This document shows, piece by piece, positions 9,483 to 19,121 of a stretch of DNA of 52,822 nt. A program made the translations under genes and the position numbers. The stretch lies in assembly GCA_903822525.1 (NCBI GenBank), contig CAIJPI010000210.1, positions 1 through 52,822 on the forward strand, read 5' to 3'. The notes under the pieces are model-generated. The model saw only the letters and a list, made by a program, of their open reading frames with translations, made no database searches and had not been told where the DNA came from. This DNA is from an uncultured Bacteroidales bacterium (GTDB taxonomy: Bacteria; Bacteroidota; Bacteroidia; Bacteroidales; UBA4417). Numbering within the stretch: position 1 is the stretch's first letter; every line of letters begins with the position of its first letter.

Positions 9483-11090
9483 CTAAAATATTTTCTTTTT
9501 ACGGAATGAAGCAGAAATTGTCAATAACGCAGAAACTGCTGCAACCAACATAAAAATCCGGCCGATGTAGTCACCGTATTTTACATAGAAGGTGATCTTG
9601 TCATTTGAATTAATTTTCTCACGGATAGTAGCAGGCACCCAATAAGCTGTACGCTGGGAGATATCACCTCGCTGATTGATAAAGCAGGAAATACCGGTAT
9701 TGGCTGAGCGGGCAATACTCCGCCTGGTTTCGACAGCCCGCAATACCGAAAACAACATGTGTTGCCGGTGTCCGGGAGTGTTGCCCCACCAGCCGTCATT
9801 CGTTATCACAAAAATACAGTTGGCCCCGTTGATAATAAACCTGTTCAAAAACTCACCATATACTGACTCATAACATATTACAGGTGCTATCTTCAGGTTT
9901 TCACTGATAATAAATGGGGTCTGGTCAGGATTTACACCCAGGCTGCCTGTGGTTCCACCTAAATCAATTGCAAATTTTTTCAAGAAAGGAAACAGGTTCA
10001 GGTAAGGCATGAGTTCGACACCAGGTGTCAGCTTCGACTTGTGATATTTCTGCAAAGTGCTGTCGTGGGCAATAAAAAGAGCTGTATTATAGGAATCATA
10101 GTACCGGTCGGCATCGCTGAATTTCCTGGCACTGAGGCTTAACGCCTCACCCGGTTCAAAAATTTTACGCGACGAAATCCCGCTTATTATATTCATGTTT
10201 TTATACCGGCTGTTGAATTTCCGCATGCGGGCCACACTTGGTGAATGTTCGATCTGATCTTCGAAAACATATTCCTGTACAGCACTTTCAGGAAACACGG
10301 CAAAATCAGTCATGCTGTCCGATTTAGCAGCAGCCTGGCTTAACATACGGTCGGTAATCAGAACAGGATCCACTTCATATTGCTCGTTGTACGGATCAAT
10401 ATTGGGCTGTACAACAACCACATCCACCGGACTTATTTTCTCGGTATAGTGATTATACATAAACACTGAAATCAGGATAGGTGCAATAATCAGCACAATA
10501 GTTGAAGCCATGCGGATTCCTATTTTACGGCTGCAGATTTTCAGTATGATACGATCGCGGACAAAAAAGAAAAGCAAAATATTTACCAGCAGAATCCAGA
10601 GCGAGCCTCCGAAAATGCCTGTGTATTCGTACCATTGTATCCATTTAGGGTAAGCAGCAAATCCATTCCCCAGGTTTAGCCAGGGGAAATTGAGGTCCCA
10701 TCTCAGGTGGATAAATTCTGCTGTGAGCATATATCCTAATAATGCCAGGTATGATAGCGATGCCGAAAGACGGCGATGCGTTACGTGAAAAAGGAACAAT
10801 GCTCCTCCTATTAATGATGTATTCACCATTACGGTCGCTATAATACCGACAGGAGTTGAAATATAAACCCACCAGGTGGTAAGCAAAACCCAGGATGAAA
10901 CAGAAAGTGCTATATAAGGCAGCATCCCTGAAGAATGGTTGGTTTCACGGTTTTTCCATTGTTCGTATTCCACTACCAGAAGCGGAACAAAACCAACAAA
11001 AAGCAAAAATGGAAAACCTCGCTCAGGCCAACCTGCACTGAGTAACAGTCCGGAAAGTAATGAAAGTAGAATTTTATATTTGCGTTTCAT
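9483..11090 (-). CDS. lnt: Apolipoprotein N-acyltransferase
   Basis: N-terminal TM region plus nitrilase-fold triad motifs FPES, YHKSKL, ICYES; TNDGWW; RSANTGIS. Start ATG 11090 sits downstream of the TATCTTTG box at 11109-11116. Confidence 0.93.
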   Translation of the reverse strand: MKRKYKILLSLLSGLLLSAGWPERGFPFLLFVGFVPLLVVEYEQWKNRETNHSSGMLPYIALSVSSWVLLTTWWVYISTPVGIIATVMVNTSLIGGALFLFHVTHRRLSASLSYLALLGYMLTAEFIHLRWDLNFPWLNLGNGFAAYPKWIQWYEYTGIFGGSLWILLVNILLFFFVRDRIILKICSRKIGIRMASTIVLIIAPILISVFMYNHYTEKISPVDVVVVQPNIDPYNEQYEVDPVLITDRMLSQAAAKSDSMTDFAVFPESAVQEYVFEDQIEHSPSVARMRKFNSRYKNMNIISGISSRKIFEPGEALSLSARKFSDADRYYDSYNTALFIAHDSTLQKYHKSKLTPGVELMPYLNLFPFLKKFAIDLGGTTGSLGVNPDQTPFIISENLKIAPVICYESVYGEFLNRFIINGANCIFVITNDGWWGNTPGHRQHMLFSVLRAVETRRSIARSANTGISCFINQRGDISQRTAYWVPATIREKINSNDKITFYVKYGDYIGRIFMLVAAVSALLTISASFRKKKIF

Positions 11091-11260
11091 CCGATGGAAT
11101 AATATCCGCAAAGATAATGAAATGAATGTTAGCAATATTTTTTCGTCAGAGCCGTGAAACCTGACTGATTATCTGAATACAGCTTATTCAACACTGCATA
11201 CATACCATTGAATCAACCGGGATAAATTGCGTTAAGGGAAGTCCCGTTCAAGGCATAAAG

Positions 11261-11288
11261 AAAGTGGCTGCCATTATGGCAACCACCT
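11261..11288 (-). terminator. Intrinsic terminator after the carboxylase gene
   Basis: GTGGCTGCCA-TTA-TGGCAACCAC hairpin followed by TTTCTTT on the minus strand. Confidence 0.55.
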
Positions 11289-11318
11289 GCACATCAACAT
11301 AAACAAGTCTTAATAGTA

Positions 11319-13046
11319 TTATGACAGGCCGATAGTTTCACCTTCTGAACTCGACCAATTGTAGTTGTACAATCCGTCAAGCAGTCGTTTCTGCTTTTCT
11401 TCCGGTGAGAGTATATTGTATTTCTGTTTCTCCGCCTCTATTTTTTCCTGTTTCTCCTCCTCCACACGATGAATCTCATCCAGGTATGTATCTTCCATCC
11501 TTTTTTTGAGGTAATCGTGAGCAACAGAAGGAAAAAGTTCAAGCAGCAATTCTTCTTTCTCATTCAGGGCAAGTTTCACGCCGCCGTATTCTTCAAAAAC
11601 AGGATTTTCCTGCTTTTTGTAGAACCTGGTATCGTATGGCATTTCAACTTTCACACCAGCCAGTTTGAACCTGAACTCAGGATCAACAGGTACAGGCGTG
11701 CGCCCGTAAACACCTTTCACCAGGTTAACAAACTGAATTGATTTTGTTGTGTATAAAGGAACTCCGTTCGATTCATCAAGAGCGCAGTTAACTGCCTGAA
11801 CCCCGACAATCTGGCTGGTAGGAGTTACGAGCGGAGGGCAGCCTGAAGCCAGCCGCACCAGCGGAATGAGTTCAAGGGCACGTGGCAGAAGCTTTTCGAG
11901 TTTGAGTGCTTTAAGTTGTGCCAGCATATTGGAATACATACCACCTGGTATTTCGGCTTCACATATTTTAGCATCCGGATCAGGAAATCCGAACCAGTTT
12001 TCGATACGGTGGCATACTTCGAGTAAATCATCTTCTTTATCCGCCTTGGCATATGCTATAGCCATTTCCATCATCTGATCGATATCGCGGGGCAGCGTAT
12101 CGGTAAGGATATTAAATTCGCGGGGAGCTTTATAACTGTCAAGTTCTTTCAATTCCTGCCGGATGGCTCGCAATTCGCGGTCCAGTTCGACGACGGCATT
12201 AATATTTACACCGGTTTCGATATTCATCCGGTGACAGAAAAGCTGAATAATTTCGAAAGCAGGAGCGGCCGTACCACCTGCGAAACTCATCAGCGAAGTA
12301 TCAATGATATCAACACCATTTACAATAGCCATAAGTGTTGATGCAAGCCCGTATCCTGGTGTACAATGGGTATGGAAATCGACAGGAACTGAAACATTCT
12401 GCTTGATCATGCGCACCAGCATGCCAGCCCGTAAAGGTGTGATAAGGCCTGCCATATCTTTAATGGTAATGATATCGGCACCCATTTCCTGAAGTTCAAT
12501 GGCTTTTCGCAGGAAATAATCCTTTGTGAATATTTTGGAAGGCAAAACTTTTGCATGAAAAAGAGCTTTCACTTTTTCGCGTGTGCTATATTTCGGATCG
12601 ACGGTGTAAACAAGAGTACAATCGGCTATCCCCCCGTTTTCTTTAACATACTTTACGGTTGAACGGATGTTATCCAGATCATTCAAAGCGTCGAATATCC
12701 GCATGATTGAAATACCTGACTTTATAGCATTCCGGTTAAATCCGCTGATAACGTCATCAGGATATGGACTGTAACCGAAGAGGTTACGGCCACGCGACAA
12801 TGCAGTTAGTAGTGTTGTATTGCCCAGTGCATTATGAATGCTTTCGAGCCTGTGCCAGGGATTTTCATTCAGGTAACGCATAACAGAATCGGGGACTGCC
12901 CCACCCCACACCTCCATGGCATAGAATCCTGCTTCTTTAAATCCGGGCAGGGTGCGTTCAACCTGCTTTTGGGTCATTCGGGTGGCAAAGAGTGATTGTT
13001 GTCCGTCGCGGAGTGTAACATCGCGTATCAGAAGCTGCTTTTTCAT
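11319..13046 (-). CDS. Pyruvate carboxylase subunit B / oxaloacetate decarboxylase alpha-like carboxyltransferase, no biotinyl domain
   Basis: RDVTLRDGQQS, EVWGGA, IKDMAG, HTHCT, PGGMYSN and PLVTPTSQIVG motifs; no EAMKM biotin-attachment motif. Confidence 0.88.
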   Translation of the reverse strand: MKKQLLIRDVTLRDGQQSLFATRMTQKQVERTLPGFKEAGFYAMEVWGGAVPDSVMRYLNENPWHRLESIHNALGNTTLLTALSRGRNLFGYSPYPDDVISGFNRNAIKSGISIMRIFDALNDLDNIRSTVKYVKENGGIADCTLVYTVDPKYSTREKVKALFHAKVLPSKIFTKDYFLRKAIELQEMGADIITIKDMAGLITPLRAGMLVRMIKQNVSVPVDFHTHCTPGYGLASTLMAIVNGVDIIDTSLMSFAGGTAAPAFEIIQLFCHRMNIETGVNINAVVELDRELRAIRQELKELDSYKAPREFNILTDTLPRDIDQMMEMAIAYAKADKEDDLLEVCHRIENWFGFPDPDAKICEAEIPGGMYSNMLAQLKALKLEKLLPRALELIPLVRLASGCPPLVTPTSQIVGVQAVNCALDESNGVPLYTTKSIQFVNLVKGVYGRTPVPVDPEFRFKLAGVKVEMPYDTRFYKKQENPVFEEYGGVKLALNEKEELLLELFPSVAHDYLKKRMEDTYLDEIHRVEEEKQEKIEAEKQKYNILSPEEKQKRLLDGLYNYNWSSSEGETIGLS

Positions 13047-13126
13047 ATAACCGGGACCCTTTTTCCTACACCAATTGCCCGTTAACTGATGTATTTATCA
13101 AATAAACAATACGTTATATAATTTTG

Positions 13127-13166
13127 TGTTAATCAATTAACAGTAAGCATTGTTATTTGATTAACA
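13127..13166. promoter_or_regulatory. 40-bp inverted repeat in the divergent intergenic region; candidate operator
   Basis: TGTTAATCAATTAACA-gtaagcat-TGTTATTTGATTAACA; the arms match at 15 of 16 positions. Confidence 0.45.
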
Positions 13167-13317
13167 ATACAAAAATACAAATTAAGGCATACGGTCATGA
13201 AAATTATAAAAATAAATATTCTATGAAAGTATTGAAGAAAAAGTAATCTTTTCATCCTACTGAAGATTGATTTTAAGTACTTTCGCCGCTGAATGTTAAC
13301 CTTTAATACAATGTGCC

Positions 13318-14955
13318 ATGTTAAAACGTATTATTCCATTTATGTTGGTCCTGGTTTTATTTGCTGCTGGAACAAGCAGCTGTAAGCATAAGACAGGTAA
13401 TACTATGAGTGAGATGCAAAAAAATGTAAATGAGTATGCCATTGTCAAGCTGACCACCGACATGAGTAAACTTACCGAGAAGGAAAAGCAGATGATTCCT
13501 ATCTTTCTGGAAGTAGCTCAGATTATGGATGATATTTTCTGGGAAGAGACCTGGGGAAATAAAAATACCTTGCTGGATAGTATCAGCGATCCGGATGCAA
13601 AACAGTTTGCTGTAATAAATTATGGTCCGTGGGACAGGCTGGGCGGAAACAAGCCTTTTATTGCAGGCATAGGCGAGAAGCCCAAAGGGGCTCATTTTTA
13701 TCCGGCCGATATGACAAAGGAAGAGTTCGAAAAATGGGACGAACCCACTAAATCAAGCCAATATACCATTATTGCCCGCACCGATTTAAAAACGATGAAG
13801 AGTGTGTGGTACCACGATGCTTTTGCCGATAAGGTTATTAAAGCTGCTGACTTGCTGCTGAAAGCAGCGGAACTGGCTGAAGATGCCGGACTGAAGAAGT
13901 ACCTTATACTTCGGGCGAAAGCATTTCGCACTGACGATTATTTCGAAAGCGATATGGCCTGGATGGATATGAAGACCAATACTCTTGATCTGGTTGCAGG
14001 ACCTATTGAGAACTATGAGGATGAGTTGTTCGGATATAAAGCAGCTCACGAAGCTGCTGTATTGGTTAAAGACAAGGAATGGAGTGCCCGGCTTGCCAAA
14101 TATGCCACTATGTTGCCAGCACTTCAGAAGGAACTGCCTTGTGATCCGAAGTATAAACAAGAAGTCCCCGGCACCGATTCGGACCTGAATGCCTATGATA
14201 TTCTGTATTATGCCGGCAATTCGAACAGCGGTGGAAAAACCATTGCTATTAACCTGCCGAACGACGAAAAAGTGCAGTTAGCCAAAGGCAGCAGACGGCT
14301 TCAGTTGAAAAATGCCATGCAGGCCAAATTCGATAAGATACTTTTACCTATTTCGCAGGTCCTGATAGAGCCGGCACAGCGTAAAAACATCAAATTTGAT
14401 GCATTCTTCGGCAATGTTATGTTTCACGAGGTTTCGCACGGACTGGGAATTAAAAATACGATAACAGGCAAAGGCGTGATACGCACAGCCCTGAAAGAAC
14501 AATATTCAGGCTGGGAAGAAGCCAAAGCCGACATATTGGGATTATGGATGGTAAGCTGGCTGATCGACAAAAAAGAACTTACCGGAATAACGGTCGAAGA
14601 TGCGTATGTTACCTATATGGCCGGCCTGATCCGTTCGGTCAGGTTTGGTGCTGCCGAAGCCCATGGTAAAGCCAATATGATGTGTTTCAATTTCTTTGAA
14701 GATAAACATGCTTTTTCGCGCAACGCAGATGGTACTTTTAAGGTTGATATCGAAAAAACCCGGCAGGCAATCAAAGACTGGAGTGCATTTATCCTGAGCG
14801 TTGAAGGAGAAGGTGATTACGAAAAAGCTGTAAATTATATGAAGGAAAACGGCAAAGTCAGACCTGACCTGCAGGCTGGCCTCGACCTGTTGAAAACAGC
14901 AAATATCCCAAAAGATGTAATATTCGAACAAGGCAAAGCAGCTTTGGGGCTGTAA
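13318..14955 (+). CDS. Dipeptidyl peptidase III family (M49) zinc peptidase, lipoprotein, HEXXH variant
   Basis: Lipobox-like TSSC; INYGPWDRL; GPIENYED; TIAINLPNDE; MFHEVSHGLG; EEAKAD third-ligand motif. Confidence 0.88.
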   Translation: MLKRIIPFMLVLVLFAAGTSSCKHKTGNTMSEMQKNVNEYAIVKLTTDMSKLTEKEKQMIPIFLEVAQIMDDIFWEETWGNKNTLLDSISDPDAKQFAVINYGPWDRLGGNKPFIAGIGEKPKGAHFYPADMTKEEFEKWDEPTKSSQYTIIARTDLKTMKSVWYHDAFADKVIKAADLLLKAAELAEDAGLKKYLILRAKAFRTDDYFESDMAWMDMKTNTLDLVAGPIENYEDELFGYKAAHEAAVLVKDKEWSARLAKYATMLPALQKELPCDPKYKQEVPGTDSDLNAYDILYYAGNSNSGGKTIAINLPNDEKVQLAKGSRRLQLKNAMQAKFDKILLPISQVLIEPAQRKNIKFDAFFGNVMFHEVSHGLGIKNTITGKGVIRTALKEQYSGWEEAKADILGLWMVSWLIDKKELTGITVEDAYVTYMAGLIRSVRFGAAEAHGKANMMCFNFFEDKHAFSRNADGTFKVDIEKTRQAIKDWSAFILSVEGEGDYEKAVNYMKENGKVRPDLQAGLDLLKTANIPKDVIFEQGKAALGL

Positions 14956-14968
14956 TTCCAATACATGC

Positions 14969-15042
14969 ATCTTCAATGCCTTGCTGCTGTTGAAGATCAG
15001 AACAAGGCTTAGCAGGAAGATACTGGTAGGCCTTGTTCTTTT
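14969..15042 (+). terminator. Tandem hairpins and probable terminator after DPP III
   Basis: ATCTTCAA...TTGAAGAT (14969-14997), then AGAACAAGGC...GCCTTGTTCT followed by TTT (14999-15042). Confidence 0.5.
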
Positions 15043-15205
15043 ACACAAAAGCAGATCTGACTACCTGTTTCAGGCAGGAACCTTTAAATTGCTTCCTTGC
15101 GCATTTATACAGAATTTTTTTGCCAACTTACAGGATAAATCTGTCAACTTGCAGAGGATTAGTATACAGACCCCTGGCCGGATGAAAATTTTACAACTTA
15201 AGAAT

Positions 15206-15213
15206 TATCTTTG
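15206..15213 (+). promoter_or_regulatory. Bacteroidota -7 promoter box for the first S46 gene
   Basis: TATCTTTG about 30 nt upstream of the ATG at 15245. Confidence 0.55.
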
Positions 15214-15244
15214 TGCTTAAATTAATCACGTTAAAATAAAAATA

Positions 15245-17404
15245 ATGAAAAAAATCGTACTTGCATTATGTTTGCTTACAGCGGTTTTCGCTAAAGCAGC
15301 CAATACTCCTGACGAAGGCATGTGGCTTCCCATGTTTGTTGACAGGTTAAATTATGTTGATATGCAGAAAATGGGTCTTCACCTTACTGCAGAAGAACTA
15401 TACAGCATAAACCATTCAAGTCTGAAAGACGCAATTGTAAGTCTGGGTGGAGGATTCTGCACCGCTGAAGTGGTTTCGCCCGAAGGATTGCTATTTACCA
15501 ACCACCATTGCGGGTACGATGTTGTTCAGACTCATAGTTCGGTGGAACACGATTATCTGACCGATGGTTTTTGGGCCATGAGTAAAGCCGAAGAGCTGCC
15601 AAACGAAGGATTGTTCGTTTCCTTCCTGGTTCGCATGGATGATATGACATCGGAAGTACTTGGCGCTGTAACAGCCGACATGGACGAAACTGCACGCGCA
15701 TCAGCTATCAGCAAGAAAATTTCCCAGTTGGAAAAAGATGCTTCGGAAAACGAAAAATACACGGTTAACATAAAGAGTTTTTTCAATGGAAATGAATATT
15801 ATATGTTCGTTTACCAGGAATATAAAGATATCCGCCTGGTAGGTGCCCCTCCTTCGTCGATCGGCAAATTCGGTGGTGATACCGACAACTGGATGTGGCC
15901 ACGTCATACCGGCGACTTCAGCATTTTCCGCATTTATACCGCACCCGATGGTTCCCCGGCTGTGTATTCGAAGGACAATGTTCCTCTGGTTTCAAAAAAA
16001 TTCCTTCCGATTTCGGTGAAGGGGTATAAGAAAAATGATTTTGCAATGATTTGGGGATACCCAGGAACAACCGACAGGTATCGCAGTTCATGGGCTGTTG
16101 ATGCAACTCTCAACGAAATTGATCCTGCCTTCGTGAAGGTAATGGGCGTTGTACTCGAAAATCAGAAAAAAGGCATGGATGCCGATAATGCCGTTCGTAT
16201 TCAATATGCCAGCACCTATGCCAGCTGGGCAAATACCTGGAAAAACAAACTCGGAGAAGCCCGCGACCTGAAGCGCCTGAATGTTATTCAAAAGAAACAG
16301 GAACTGGAAGCACGGCTTCAACAATGGATTAACGCTGACGAAAAACGCAAGGCCACCTATGGCGACGTGTTAGGAACTTATGCTGATATCTACAAACAGT
16401 ACAAAGATCTTAACCTTTATCAACAACTCTACTACACCCAACTTTGTATACGCGGGTCACAGGCATTTTCATTTCCCGGACAGGCAACTGCAATTGAAAC
16501 TATCCTTAAAACAGGTGCAAAAGGGGATGAACTGAAAAAACAGATGGAAAAATTCAATGCTTCCTCGAAAGAGCATTTTAAAGATTATAACAATGCCATT
16601 GAGCAGGACGTGCTGGCTGCATTGCTAAACCTGTTCCACAGCACTATACCTGCTGCACAGCAGCCTGCCATTTTCCAGTTTATTGAGAAAAAGTATAAAG
16701 GCGACATCAATAAGTACGTTGCTGATATGTTTAAAAATTCGATTTTCTTTACTGAAGCCAGTTTCAACGAATTCCTGGCTAAACCCAACCTGAAGAAACT
16801 TCAGAAGGACCCTGCCGTTCAGGCCTATAATTCATTTATGGATTCCTTCAAAGTACTTCAGGATGCCAGCAAACAACTTGCTTCCAGAAATAAAAAGGCC
16901 CAGCGTCTTTTCGTTGCTGCTCTCCGCGAGATGGACCCTGCCAAAAGCTTCTATCCCGATGCTAACAGCACCATGCGTTTAACATATGGCAAAGTGCTCG
17001 ATTATTATCCTGCCGATGCTGTTCATTATAACTATTACACTACTCTCGACGGTGTAATGATGAAAGAAGACCCAACGAACGAGGAGTTTGTTGTTCCTGC
17101 CAAACTGAAGGAACTGTACAACAAAAAAGAATACGGCAAGTATGGAGAAGATGGCAAGTTGTATACCTGTTTCCTAACTGATAATGATATTACCGGCGGC
17201 AATTCAGGAAGCCCTGTCATTAACGGCGACGGACAACTTATCGGCATCGCATTCGACGGAAACTGGGAAGCTATGAGTGGCAATATCCTTTTCGAGCCTG
17301 AACTGCAGCGTACCATTAACGTGGATATTCGCTATGTGCTTTTTGTAATTGAAAAGTATGCCGGTGCCACTAACCTGATTAATGAACTGCAGATCGTACA
17401 ATAA
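15245..17404 (+). CDS. S46 family dipeptidyl peptidase, DPP7-type
   Basis: DEGMWLP, TNHHC, DNWMWPRHTGDF, TGGNSGSPV; FDGNWE has Gly at the S1 position (DPP11 has Arg). Confidence 0.93.
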   Translation: MKKIVLALCLLTAVFAKAANTPDEGMWLPMFVDRLNYVDMQKMGLHLTAEELYSINHSSLKDAIVSLGGGFCTAEVVSPEGLLFTNHHCGYDVVQTHSSVEHDYLTDGFWAMSKAEELPNEGLFVSFLVRMDDMTSEVLGAVTADMDETARASAISKKISQLEKDASENEKYTVNIKSFFNGNEYYMFVYQEYKDIRLVGAPPSSIGKFGGDTDNWMWPRHTGDFSIFRIYTAPDGSPAVYSKDNVPLVSKKFLPISVKGYKKNDFAMIWGYPGTTDRYRSSWAVDATLNEIDPAFVKVMGVVLENQKKGMDADNAVRIQYASTYASWANTWKNKLGEARDLKRLNVIQKKQELEARLQQWINADEKRKATYGDVLGTYADIYKQYKDLNLYQQLYYTQLCIRGSQAFSFPGQATAIETILKTGAKGDELKKQMEKFNASSKEHFKDYNNAIEQDVLAALLNLFHSTIPAAQQPAIFQFIEKKYKGDINKYVADMFKNSIFFTEASFNEFLAKPNLKKLQKDPAVQAYNSFMDSFKVLQDASKQLASRNKKAQRLFVAALREMDPAKSFYPDANSTMRLTYGKVLDYYPADAVHYNYYTTLDGVMMKEDPTNEEFVVPAKLKELYNKKEYGKYGEDGKLYTCFLTDNDITGGNSGSPVINGDGQLIGIAFDGNWEAMSGNILFEPELQRTINVDIRYVLFVIEKYAGATNLINELQIVQ

Positions 17405-17428
17405 TCTGTTCAATAAATTTCATTACTG

Positions 17429-17459
17429 AAAAAGGGCCCTGATGAAGGGCTCTTTTTTT
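17429..17459 (+). terminator. Intrinsic terminator
   Basis: AAAAAGGGCCCT-gatga-AGGGCTCTTTTTTT. Confidence 0.85.
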
Positions 17460-17706
17460 ATGTCTTCCTGAATATATTGTACTGAATGGCAGGTTATCCC
17501 GTCCTTCAATATCTTGTCTGGGTTTACAGAGAAACCTTTCAGAAACCTGTACAGGAACTTTACCCCAAATTATCGACAAAATCGGGAAATATCATACAAT
17601 GTTTACCAGTCAGAAAACGCAGCAAGATTGTATTTTGAAAAATTAATTTTCAGTCGTTACATCTGCTATCTTTGTAACGTAAATTAAATCTGGTTTTATC
17701 CTATTC

Positions 17707-17952
17707 ATGGAAGATCAAAAAAACAATCCTTTACACGGCGTAAGCCTTGAAACCATTTTAAACCGTCTGGTTGATCATTTTGGGTGGCATATACTTGGTA
17801 AGCTTATCCAGATAAATTGCTTTATTGAAAACCCAAGCATACAGTCGAGTCTCAAATTTCTGCGTAAAACGCCATGGGCCCGGAAGAAAGTGGAAGATCT
17901 GTATCTGGAGATTCATACACTGCCGGATAGTTTAAAAGCAAAAACTCTGTAA
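17707..17952 (+). CDS. VF530 (DUF2132) family small DNA-binding protein
   Basis: [13 protein letters not shown]...FGW...[27 protein letters not shown] signature; TATCTTTG promoter box at 17667-17674. Confidence 0.9.
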   Translation: MEDQKNNPLHGVSLETILNRLVDHFGWHILGKLIQINCFIENPSIQSSLKFLRKTPWARKKVEDLYLEIHTLPDSLKAKTL

Positions 17953-18120
17953 TTACTGGTGTTGCAGGGCAGTTTCCGGTTTCCAATATCGAATGAGATA
18001 CAATCCAGGGGCAATTCAAACAGTCAGTATCAGGTGATATTATTGGCCTGAAGCGCAATAGAACCCGCTCAAAAGAGTTTATCACAGCGAATTTATTGTT
18101 CCTTAAGAAATATAGGGACA

Positions 18121-18156
18121 AAAAAATCCCTTATCGGAAACCGATAAGGGATTTTT
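18121..18156. terminator. Bidirectional intrinsic terminator
   Basis: Perfect AAAAATCCCTTATCGG-aaa-CCGATAAGGGATTTTT between convergent genes. Confidence 0.9.
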
Positions 18157-18183
18157 AAATTTTCTTTAAATCAGAAACACTTG

Positions 18184-18894
18184 TTACTGAGCAATCAGTT
18201 TAGCATTTTCAATAATTACATCATAAAAATAACCTGCTCCAAAATCCTTTTTCAGGGTAACAGTACCTTCGAAGGTAACCACATCACCCACTTTGGCAAC
18301 ATCGTCTGTAGTGATAGTAAGATCGAATGAACCGTTGTTATTGGTTCCGTCCTGAATATGCACCCAGTTCATTTTCATAATATCGGCACTGTATTTTACA
18401 ACTTCGCCTTTAATGATAACTGTTTTTCCTGCAAATGAATCTTTTTTGGCGAAAAGCTCAGCAATAGAAATACCTCCTTTTGCCGGATCCACTTTGATGC
18501 CTTCTTTTGCAACAGCTGCTTGTTTGCCTTTCAGTGAATCGGCCAGTGTGATTTTATCAGCTGTAATAGGCTGATCGCTGAATTTGTCGACAAAAAGGAT
18601 GGAAGGAAATGTCCGTTTTAATTCTTTACTTACAAAGTCGTTCATTTCGATGCCAGGGATGTAATAATAAGATTTACCCGTTTCTACTTCTCTTTTTGCA
18701 ATAGCCACCCAGTTTTCCTTATCCTCTTCCGAGATCCGGATGTAGGTATAATTGCTGGTCTGAATAACTTCTTCCGCAGTTACTTTATGCACATTAGGAG
18801 CCAGGTTTTCATCTGCTGCACTCTTTGATTTACAGGATGCTGCTAAAAGGATAATTCCGGCCAACAGAATAAATAAATTTAATTTCATTTTCAT
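18184..18894 (-). CDS. Lipoprotein with two beta-rich domains, C-terminal OB-fold (NrfJ-related family)
   Basis: Lipobox AASC; EVIQTSNYTYI; GEVVKYSADIMKMNWVHIQDGT; DFGAGYFYDVIIENA; TACTTTTG promoter box at 18942-18949 (minus). Confidence 0.7.
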   Translation of the reverse strand: MKMKLNLFILLAGIILLAASCKSKSAADENLAPNVHKVTAEEVIQTSNYTYIRISEEDKENWVAIAKREVETGKSYYYIPGIEMNDFVSKELKRTFPSILFVDKFSDQPITADKITLADSLKGKQAAVAKEGIKVDPAKGGISIAELFAKKDSFAGKTVIIKGEVVKYSADIMKMNWVHIQDGTNNNGSFDLTITTDDVAKVGDVVTFEGTVTLKKDFGAGYFYDVIIENAKLIAQ

Positions 18895-19121
18895 GATATC
18901 GATTTCTTTAACGTGGTTAAACTGTATATTAATTTAGGGTGCAAAAGTATTCATATTTGTGCATATTTTCATATTTCTTTCAAAACAAATGGTTCTGATT
19001 TTAAAAATTGAAGATAACATACAAAACAACCACTTCAGCCCCAGAAAGAAGCAATCCGGAAATGGGTTCATTATCGGGTTGCCGGTTAAAACAACATTTA
19101 ACCAGATACCCGCTACCTGAA

